IMG/VR virus record: IMGVR_UViG_3300042358_000005
Span: 1-64,000 of that record
Length of the DNA: 64,000 nt
Direction: 5' to 3' (one strand)
DNA from: a virus
Lineage: Duplodnaviria; Caudoviricetes
Both the position numbers and the translations under genes were made by a program. This document shows positions 46,396 through 58,300 of this stretch, one piece after another. A model generated the notes under the pieces. It did no database searches. It worked only from the letters and a program-made list of their open reading frames with translations, and had not been told where the DNA came from. Position 1 is the first letter of the stretch. Every line of letters begins with the position of its first letter.

Positions 46396-49300
46396 TGGCA
46401 GAAAATAATCTAGAATCAAAAGACATTGCTCAAGCTGGAAAAGAACTAGGTCCTGTACCTACGCACTTAGATGTTCAGACACCATTGTTGGATAGACTTG
46501 ATCTTGAAAACCAATTTGGTGGATATGAGGCACCTAGTGCTCCATCACCTTTACCTACATATAGTAGTCCAGAGAATGTATATGAAGCTCCAACTATATT
46601 GTCTTCAGATAGACAAGAGGAAGGAGAATCTTTAAAATCACTTGAGAATTTCTTACTTACTAAAAGTGATACTAAACCAGGAGGAAGTATAACTAGAACT
46701 CTTGCTGAAGTGTCATCTAATAGATATGATAACTTTGTTCCTGGAGATTATAATAATGAGGATGCATATGCACAAGGACAAGGGTTTGGATCAAAGATGG
46801 TTAATGGTGTAGGTAAAGGACTTTTGCTTACTGGTACAACTTTCCTACAAGGTACAGTTGGACTTGTCAATGGATTAGCTAGATGGGGATCAGATGGTAG
46901 ATTTGCATCATTCTATGATAATGAATTTAATAGAAACTTAGATGATATAAATAAGAAAGCAGAAGATGCTCTTCCAAACTTCTATACAGATAGAGAAAAG
47001 AATGGCAAGTGGTATTCTCCTGATTACTTTATGACAGGTAACTTCTTATGGGATGGTATCGTTAAGAATATGGGATTTGCTGCTGGTGCTTATTTAACTG
47101 GAGGAGTTTACTCAGCTGGATTAAAAGGACTTGCTTCACTTCCAGGTGCTTCAAGATTATTATCTATGGGTAGAGCAGCTGAGGCTGTTGCTGCATCAGA
47201 AGAAGCATTGATAGGACTTGATAAAGGTTCTGAAGCTTATGGTAAAATAAAAGCATTATCTGATTCATATTTAAAACAATATCAAATTCTTGACAAAGGA
47301 CATAGAGCTGTTGTAGCTGGTTTGTCTACAAGTGGAGAAGCTGGATTTGAAGCATATCAGAATCTTAATGATTTTAGAAATCAAAAGATAGAAGAATATA
47401 AAAATTTAAATGGTGGTGTAGCTCCACAAGGAGCAGATCTTGCAAAGATAAATGCATTAGCTGATGGTGTTGGTAACTCTTCGTTTGCAGCAAATGTTGC
47501 ATTGCTTAGTGCTACTAACTACATTCAATTTCCAAAGATCTTAGGATCTTCTTACAGTGCTGAGAAAGGAATAATGAATAATGTAACTAGAGAGATAGGA
47601 GACATTACAGAAGTTGCTGGTAAGTATGCTGCAAAAGAAGGTAAGAGTAAACTATTAAATACTTTCAATACAGTTAGACCGTACCTATTCTCTACATCTG
47701 AAGGATTTGAAGAGGGAGCACAGTATGCAATACAGATGGGTGTTAAAGATTATTATAATAAAAAATATAATAATGTTGCCACTGATTGGTTAGATGCTGT
47801 ATCTACTGGTATTACTGAAACTGTTGGTACAGATGAAGGAGCTAAGAATATTCTTATTGGTGGATTGTCTGGTGCATTAATGATGGCCAAAGGTACATAT
47901 AAACAAGGAAGAGAAGAATCTGCAAACACAGCTAAAGCTATTGAGCAATTCAATCAATTCAGATTATCGGACTTTACAAAAGAAACAATTGATTCTGTTA
48001 ATAGAGGAACTGTTCTTCAACAAGAAAGAGAAAAACTTTTGAAAGAAGGTAATATCTCTGATAGTAAAGATAAAGAAACAGACTACATAATTAACTACCT
48101 AACTCCTCGTATTAAGTTTGGTAGATTTGATCTTGTAACCTCAGAGATTGCTGATTATAGAGCACTAGCTAGTTCAAAAACTGGATTTGATCAATTAGTT
48201 GAAGATGGGAAAGCTCTTCCTACAGATACAAGAGAAGCATACTTAGCTAGATTAAATAGCTTTGAACAAACAGCTAATAATGTAAAATCATTATATCAAT
48301 CTCTTAACTTACGCTATGGAGCAAAGGTTAATGCAGAGGGTAAACAATTGTACACTCCTGCTGTAGTTGATAAAATGATATATGCTGCAACTAAGATTTC
48401 AGACTATGAACAAAGAATACCAGGTTTATCTACTAAGCTTATTACTAATGTTGATAATGTAAGTCAAATTCTTCAAGATGTTTCTGAAGGTAATCTAGAT
48501 TCTTTCAATGGTGCTATGTCTAAACTTGAAGGAAGTAAACTTGTTAATAAAGAAGATTTAATTGAAGCATTAGATGATGCTGCATATATGACTATGAAGA
48601 GAGATATTCTATTAAAAGAATATGACTCAATGAAAAAGTCTCCTGAAAATTTTCAAGAACAAACACAATCATTCGAAGAAATACAAGCAGACGCTGCATC
48701 TAAGGAAAAGATTAAAGTTAATACTAAGAATGGTGAAAGAGAAGTTGAGATAGGTACAGAGTATGTACTTGGAAAAGTGACTGAATACTCTGCAGGTGGT
48801 AGAGAAGTTTATCGTCAACCTAGACTTACTATATTAGCTAAGAATGAAGATGGTACTATCAAGATCAAAACTTCTAATGGAGTTATCAAAGATATTAGTG
48901 AAGATGAGTTGAATAGTTATAGTCTTACGCCAGCTAGCAAGATGCTTACTGATAAGAAGTTTAACTACTTTGAGAAACATCAGAACACTGTTTTCCAACA
49001 CTATGGTATTAAGAAAAAGAATGGTGATCCTGTACAAGGTAGATTAGAATACAATGACAAGAAAGGTAAGCTTACATTTGTATATGTAGATGAGAATGGT
49101 GAAGTGCAAAAAGAAGAAGTTTGGAATACATTGTTCAAAGCTCAAGGAGAGTATAAATATCCTATGATTAGACGTCTTGGTAATCTTACTGCTGCACAAG
49201 ATAAAGCTCAATTAGAATTTGAAAATACTGAGACTACTGTATCAGATAAACTTCAAACAAGAAATAGAATCATTAGAGATCTTTATGAAACCAGTGTTAA

Positions 49301-52300
49301 ACGTCTTGATGAAATAAACAAGAAGTTAAACAATAGTAAAGCATCTCTTGAGAAAGAACAATTACGTTTAGAAAATGAAATATCTAAAGAGAGTGTAACT
49401 AAAACAGGAGCATTACGTAAGAGACCTACTACCACTCTTAAACAATTAACTAATACGTTGGGTAACCTACGTAGTGTTGTTGAAAAAGAAAATAAAGCAT
49501 TGTTATCAGAGAAACAAGAATTAGAAGCATCTATTCCTTATTTTAAAGAATTCTTAGATAGTCTTAGTACTCTTCCAGAAGCTGGAGCTAAGATGATTAA
49601 ACAAATTAAAGATGACATCAATGCATTAGAAGAACTTATTGATATAACTAATGATGCAATTGTTGCAAGTGATAAGTTATTAAAACAAATAGATGACTTG
49701 CTACAAAAAGCATTGTCTATATTTGATGACTATCTTACAAGATTAAAAGAAGAGAATCCTAACACTCCATTGTTTATTGAACAATTAAAAGAAAATATAG
49801 AAAAATATCTAGGTGAAGAAGGAGCAAGAATGTTTGTTGAAGATAGATTAGGATTCACTGAGAAAGTATTAGAATTAGAATCTGATATCAATGACTTTTC
49901 AGCTGAATTAAAAATTCCTGAATTGTCTAAGAAAGCAGATAGACTTGTTGAAGATATAAAAGAACTTAGAGAAGGACTTGATAATCTTATCAATGAGCAA
50001 ATAGCAAAAGGTAAGATCTTGGATACATTCCAACAGTTTGCAGAAGATGAGAAAGCAAGAGAGGCTGAAGAAAAACAGATGCGTGACAATGAAGCATTAA
50101 AAAAATCTTTCCTTGGTACGCTTACTAATTCTGTACAAAACTTCTTTGGTACAAGACCATATGAAGCTGCTAGCAAAAAGACTGATCTTGGTGTAGTAGG
50201 TAGTACAAAACCAACTAAAGATGAAATTCCTCACCAAGAGAGAGTGAACTTCTTTGGTAATAAGATTGATTCATTTGAAAACAAAGATCAACTTAAAGGA
50301 GTGATTGTTACAGCTAATACTGAGAATGAAATAATTGCAGGACTTACAGAAGATTTTCTTAAAGATATGCCAGAGGGTCCTAAGAAAGATAAAGCTAGAG
50401 AAGAGATTATATTTCTTGTAATGGTGCAAGATAATAATGATAATAGTTTCTCTGTAGTGGATCAAACTGGACAACCTATACTTGAAGATGAGAATAAAAT
50501 AAACAATGCTATTTATCAAGTGTTTCCATCTGCTGATCTTATGGGAGAATACGATGGTGTAAAATCATCTATGTTTAGAGAAGGTATCAATGATGTATTA
50601 AAAGAATCTCTAACAAATCAATATGTTGAATGGAGAGCTGAACAATTAGATAAACCAACATTAGGAGATGCACAGTCTGTATCTGCTTCATTTGGTCAAC
50701 CAAAACTTGTTACATATAAAGATCAAGCAGGAAATGATATTGTTGACAAAGGAGCAAGAACTTCTGCACAAGCTGCAGGACTTGTAACTCAATCAGGTCT
50801 TAGAAAAAATCCTATAGTAGAAGTTGCTGTTACTAATGAATCTGTATCTGAAGGATCTGTAACATTTGAATCTCCTACAGGTAGAGTATTCTTAAGATTA
50901 CCAGGAAGAGGACTAGCTAAATTATTCAATAGAAAGTTTAACGATAAAGAAGCTAATACAATATTTGATGTAATGCATCAAATCACAAAGAATGCTTTAA
51001 GGGATGGTGAGATAAATGATAGTTCTAAAGAATTATTCAATTGGTTAAAATCTGTAACCTATTGGGGTATAGCTAAGTATCCTGATGGAAAAAGAAAAGC
51101 TGCAGGTTATAACAACATTTGGTTTGAAAAAGATGGTGAAGGAGTTTTAAGACTATTCATGTCAGGATTAAATAAAGATTCTAAGAAAGCATTTGAATTC
51201 ACTCCTACAGGAATGCAGGACAATAAAGAAGCTATTGTAATGTTATTGAAAGAGATGTATAATAATACAGACTCTGTAAAAGTTAATGGTGATGGTTGGA
51301 GTAATCCATATTATGAAATTACAAATATTGATAGTGAAGGAAATCCTGTAACAAGAGAATGGCCTAACTACCAAACTTATTTATTATCAGATAAAGCTCC
51401 TGATGCTAATGGTAAACTATCTATAGATAGAACTAATAAAGAACTTCCATTAGCTACACAATTCAGACCTATTACAGAAAGTCAACCTATCAATAGAGAA
51501 GGAATTTATTTTTCATTAGATGATTCAGGTTCAAGATTTAAAAAACCTCAACCAGTTGCTATAGTTGAACAGCCAGTTGTTGCACCAGCTGCAATCACTG
51601 TACCAGCAACTAAGGAATTTAATGATGATGGTGAAACACCAAATACAATAGTTCATGATACGTATGGTGATATAGTTTTCACTTTAGATAAAGAAGGTGA
51701 AGTAAAACTAGATCTAGAAGGATCAACTAATGCAATTGTTGAACTAGCAAAAAAGAAAACTGCTACTGGATCATCACAAGAAGAAGCTGAAAACTGGGCT
51801 GGTGTAAATTTAGTTAAATCTATAAAGAGTAAACTAAGTGTACCTGCTGTAGTGACCACTGTTGAACCAGCAATTGAATTTAATAACACAACACCTGTTG
51901 TAATAAATAATGACTTAGGAACGATTGTATACACTGCTGATAAAGATGGTAAGGTTACATTAGATTTAGAAGAATCTGCGGATGCTATTATGAAATTAGC
52001 TGAAACTAAAGTGGGTCCAACAATGACTCAAGAAGAAGCAGAAAATTGGGCAGGAGTTAACTTAACTAAATCTATTGAAAAGAAAATAGCTGGACAGTTA
52101 GTTCAACAACAAGTTCCAGTTCTTCCTCCAGTTGCTGATGTAGCTCCTATAATAGAAGCTCCTGTGCAAACAGAAGAAATAATAGAAGAAGCTCCTAAAG
52201 CAATAGAAGAAGGAGATGTTGATTGGAATACACCTGCTAAACCTAAAGGTAAAAAGAAATTATACAGACTACAAGTGTTAGATCAAGTTAGTAAAATAAC

Positions 52301-55300
52301 AACAGAAGATTGGGCAAATGTAGAAAAGTTCATTGCTAAGGTGATGCCAAATATTCCTTTATACAGAGTGAAGAATATCATTCAAGCTACCAATGGTAGA
52401 CAAGCTTATGGTATGCTTCATGATGCTGCTATATATGTATATGAAGGTGCTGAGGTTGGAACTGCTTACCATGAGGTATTTGAAGCTGTGTGGAAAATGT
52501 TTGCTGGACCAGCTGAGAAACAACTTATTATTGATGAGTTTAGAAATAGAAAAGGAAGTTATGTAGATAGATTTACAGGAGAAACTGTAGAATATTCTAA
52601 AGCAACTAATGAACAATTAAAAGAAGAACTTGCTGAAGAATTTAGAGAAGCTGTATTAGAAGGAAAATCTGTTGATAGATCTGAGAAGTATCAAGGTAAA
52701 TCTTTAATAGGAAAACTATTTAATGATATGATTAACTTTATCAAAGAGTTTTTCTATGGTAAGAATGCTGCTGCTAATACACAAGCTCTATTTGATAGAA
52801 TTGGTAATGGATACTATGCACAATACAATCCATTTGAAACAAAATTATCATATGCTAATAGTGGTATAATAGATATCAACCAAGTTACTGCTACAGATGA
52901 ATCTGAGTATAGACTTAAAATTAAAAACATTCCTGCTAAACAAGTACATGACATTATTCAACAAATGACATACAGTACACTTTCTAATTTAGCTGAATCT
53001 AAAAAGAGTTTGTTTGAGGTACAAAAACCTAAGAGAGGTGAATTGTACAGTAGACTTAAAAGAGAAGTGTTAGAAGACTGTATAATAGCATCTAGAGATG
53101 AGTTATATGAATCTGTAGCTAGGAAAGAACAAACACTTGAGCAAATCACTCCACAGATAAATAACTTAAAAGATTTATTTGATAAAATCAAAGAAGAGTG
53201 GCCTGCTATTGTTGAGAAACATGAGGAGCATCTTAAGTCTTATTCTATTGAGTTTGATGAAAATGATGATCTTAATATAAATGATGAAGACAATTCTGGT
53301 AAAGGAGATTATGTAAATGCTAGACAAGTTGATTCTTTCAGAAAAGCTAACAGTGTAATCAAACTTTTATTAGCTACATTACCTAAAACTAAATTACTTA
53401 AAGGTGAGATAGTTCCAGAGGTTTCTACAATAGGTGGTGTTATGTTAATGCCTGCAGATCAAGCATTTATAACATTGATGAATACATTACATTCTTCTGT
53501 GAACATAGATGATATGTTTAATAGATTGAGAACAATGGCTAAGGCTAATCCAAACTATGATGTATTGTACAGACGTTTAACTAATGATAGTGCTCTTGAT
53601 AAGCCAATTAATTTTGATTCATTGCAACAACATGATTTACAATTAATGACAGCTTTCTGGAACTCTATGAAGAAACAGAATGCAGATGTTGTTACAGTGT
53701 TTGTACTTCCTTCTGGTGAAGTGGTAATTGGTAACTCTGCATTAAGTGGAGCTGCTAGACAAGCTAAACGTGAGATGTTAAATAATATCACTGAAGGAAT
53801 TAGAACTGATAAGACTAACTATTTCTACTATGATAAAAAATCTAAAAAATATAATCCTAAAGAATTAGTAAAAAGAATTAGTTTTAACTCAGGTCAATTA
53901 GGACAGTATGTTGCATTCTTACAAGGAGTGGGTATAGACTTTAAACTATCTGATCTTGAAGATAAAACTAAAATAAATCCTGATCAACTTAGATTGTTCA
54001 GAAAAGCTGTAGAAGGAATTCAACAAAGTTTCTCTAATCTAGAAGATATTTCAACTCTTACAGCTAAGACATTAAATATTGATAAACGTCTTACACAATT
54101 AGGAACAATAAAAGCTATACTTGAAAATCCTGATTTTGAAAGTACATATTTCAATATCAATGGAGAGCGTACACAATCTTTTATTGGAACTAATTCTATT
54201 AGTGCTATGCATGATGTACTTTCTCAATTGACTAATATCAAACAATTAGGTGATACAGTTAAAGGATATGCTGCATACAATTATCTATTAACAGATAAAT
54301 TTGCTAAAGGATCTGTGATGCTATCTAAAATGTTTGATCTTGCAGAAGATGGTGATGGTGGACGTGTAGCTGGTACAGAAGATCTTATGAAGCCTGTGTT
54401 TGTTGATGGAACAATTGATGAGCAAAATGGAAATAAGAAAGAGAGTTCTAAACTATCTGCTAAACAAAGACTTGTTCAAGAAATGAATCTTAATTCAGGA
54501 GGTATATTCTTAAACCTTGTACCTGGAGATGCTTCTATTGAACATGCTATTAAAATGTATAATGATGATAGTCCTTTTGTTACAGATGAAGCATTCAGTA
54601 ATGGTAAGTACTTAGATATATTTAGAGATTATTTTACATCTGAAGTGGAATTATCTAGAGATAAAAGAACAGTTGTTACAGGTAGATCTGCAACAGACCT
54701 TCGTTTCTTCAAAGCTATATTAGGAGATGCATTACATAATAAAATTATGTCTAAGACTAATTCTAAAAAATCTTCAGAAAAAGTATATGAAGAAAACAAA
54801 AAAGAAATAGACAATGCTGTTAAAGCTTTCATTATTAAAGAAGCAGAAGACACAGAAGTTCTTCTTAGAAACTATGGTATTGTAACTACAACTGCTGAAG
54901 GAATAGAAACTGAAGGATTGTTACTTACTGAGGACAAAGAAATTAGTCAAAAAGAATTAGCTGATAAATTAAAAGTGTTATCAGTTAACTATATGATAGC
55001 TAATATTGAAATGCATAAACTTATTTATTCTGATCCTTATCAGTATTCAGATGAGTTGAAACGTATTAAAAACTTTAACTCTCCTAGACAAGCATTGTTA
55101 TATGGATCTATTAAAGTTAATGCTGCATTGAATAATAAATACAATGAAGGATATGAAATAGATGATATAGGATATACAGACATGAACGTAGATCATTTTG
55201 TATCTACTGTAATGGAAGATGTGTTCTCTACAGATGAGCTTGATGAATATCTTAAACCATATGAAGAAACAGATGGTGGTGGATATATTACAGCAAAAGC

Positions 55301-58300
55301 TAATCGTGTATTTGCTCTTCGTTCTGGTCAATGGAATGATAGTAAAGAACAACAATACAGATATGATGTTGCTTATGAAAAGACTGTAAAAGGAATTCCT
55401 CTTACAGCTGAAGAGAAAGCATTTGGTATTAAAAAGGTTACTAGAGCATCTGGTGAAGAAGTTTATGTTGGAAAGAATCCTAACATGAAAAGTTTCTACA
55501 CTCCTATTAAACCTATTGTATCAGGAAATAAAAATGATGGTAAAGATTACAATGATATTGTATTAGATAAGTTTGCATTAGTTCCACTTTCATTTAGAAT
55601 ACTACATGAAATGAATCCTGAGTCAAATGCTATCAAGATGTATAATAAAATGCAAAGAGAGAATGTTGACTATGCTGTTTATGGAACAGGTAGAAAGGTA
55701 GGTACTGGTATAGCTACTCCTTTATATCTTCCTTCAGGAGAATTTAACGAAGCTTCATTTGATGAATTAAATAATATTCCATTCTCTATAATGGGTGTAC
55801 AAACTGAGGTGCCTTCTAAAGACACTCCATTAGTAACACAAGGATCACAGATTACAAAACTTGCTACAATGGACTTCTTAGAAGCTGGTGTGCCAATTGA
55901 TTTTGAAATTAAAGATGCTAAAGGAAATATTATTACAGACTTCAATGAACGTTTTGCTAAATGGACTTCTTTTAAAACAGAAGCAGAAAAAGAGAAAGTT
56001 TCTCTATTATATAAAGAGATTGCTAACAATCAAAAATTATTAGAAGCTAAAATAGAACAAGGGTACAAAACTTTATTGAAGAAACTTGGTATTACACAAG
56101 GTGTTAATAAAAAAGGTGAACCTACTTTTACTATATTAAATAAAGACAAACTGGTTAATACATTAAGAGATGAAATCTTGAAGAGAGAAGTGAATGATAA
56201 TATCATTGATGCTCTTGAAGGATTTAAAGATGGAGATGTTGTGCTAGAAGCTACACCTGCATATCAACAAATCAGAAACATTCTATATTCTATAGCTGAT
56301 AAAAATGTTGTACGTCCTAAAATATCTGGTGGTCAAAAAGTACAGATTTCTTCCACATTATTTGAATCTACTCGTATTGAAGGAAAAGAATTTAAAGATA
56401 AGAATGGAGTTACTAAATACCGTTATTTATCTGACATTCTTAACTTCTATAAGAATGAAGATGGTAAACGTGTATGTGAGATAATGGTAGCTAGATGGTT
56501 TGATAATGCTCAAACTAAAAAGATGACTGATACAGAGCTTCTTAATTATTTAAATAATACAAAAGAAGGAAAAAGTATATTAGCTGGTATTGGGTATCGT
56601 ATCCCTACACAGAAACAAAACTCTATTGATAGCTTTGTTATCAAACAATTCTTACCAAAAGATTTTGGTGATAGTGTTGTTATTCCTTCAGCTCTTGTTA
56701 AAAAGGTTGGATCGGATTTTGATATTGATAAGTTGTCAATCTATTTAAAGAATACATTCACTAATAAACAAGGTGACCTTACAAATATTCCTTATTTTGG
56801 AATTGGACAACAAGCCATTGATAAGTTTATCAAAATGTATGATGATGGTGAATTAAATGGTTACATTAATTCTAAAAAAGATGCTTTGCCAGTTGGAGAA
56901 GCTGAAGATAGATTAATGGAAAGTATGTTTGCTGAAAATTACTCTATTCAGAAAGATGATATTATAAATGAGTTATATCAAAAATCTCTTGAGAATGCAT
57001 ACATTCAATCATTGCAAAACTTAGTTAGTCATGAATTAAACTTTGATAACTTAGTTAAGCCTAACTCTGCAGATGAGATGAAAGATCTTTCTATTGACAT
57101 TAATAAAGAGATGGGTAATCCAGAGATTGACTATGGTGCTGTAGGTAATATGTTAAGTAGAGGATTTATGTCTTCTCTAAGACAAGCATTTGTATCTGGT
57201 AAGTATGCAATTGGTATTGCTGCAACTGGTCAAACTAACCATGCAGATAATCAACGTACTGCAACATATATTGACTTTGATAAATTAAAAGATGTAGATC
57301 CTGTAGATAGAGAAATCTTAGGAGGTAATCCAAAATCAAATATATTTGCTAGAGATCCAAATGTTAATTTTGAAGCTTACAACTCTATTGTTATTGATGG
57401 TGTAAATAGACCTACATTAGCAATGGTTAAAAACCAAGCTGGTAAATATATATCCGATATTATTGGACAATTCATTGATGGATATGTGGATATCTCTAAA
57501 GGTCCTTGGATCATGAGACTTGGTGCTACACCAAATGTAACATCATCATGGTTATTCTTAATCAAATTAGGTGTACCTGCTGATACTGTTGCATATTTTA
57601 TGAACCAACCTATTGTTAAAGATTACTTACGTACATTAGAGAACAAAGGATATACATGGTTATTCAATGATCGTATAATGATAGATACATTAGATGTATA
57701 CTCTTCAGGTATTCCTTTGAATCAACAGCCTACTATTTCTGGTATTCCTTCTGAAGAAGAGTTGTTCAAGATGCTTAAGTATAACAAAGTAGGTATAAAA
57801 ACTCAAATGAGTGACATACAAAAACTTCAACAACAATACATACTAAAAGAATTCATAAAGTATTCTAAAATGTCTTCTCAGTTGTTTGATGTAGTACAAG
57901 GTTCTAATATAGATACTGCTACAATCAATGATCCATATTTAGTATTCAAAAAAATGCTTCAATTAGAGAAGGCTAGAAAGTCTATCATCTCTTCTGTGGA
58001 TAATTTATTGAATAGTTCATTTAAAGGAGTTCTTAAGAATACTATATTCAATGTAAGAGATGCATTCGCTGAGATTCTTATATCTGATAAACCTAATGTA
58101 AGAACTGTAATGCAAGATGTCCTAACACCATATGTAAAATTAAGTGATAGAGACTTTGTTAAAGTGAGTCAGAAAGCAGTGAATGATCTATTTGATTGGG
58201 CTGTACAAACTAACACAGGAGTTAATGTTAATATATCAAATATATTATTGGGTAAAGATGATAAGAAAAGTGCTGCTCAACAAATTATAGATTTCAAAGA

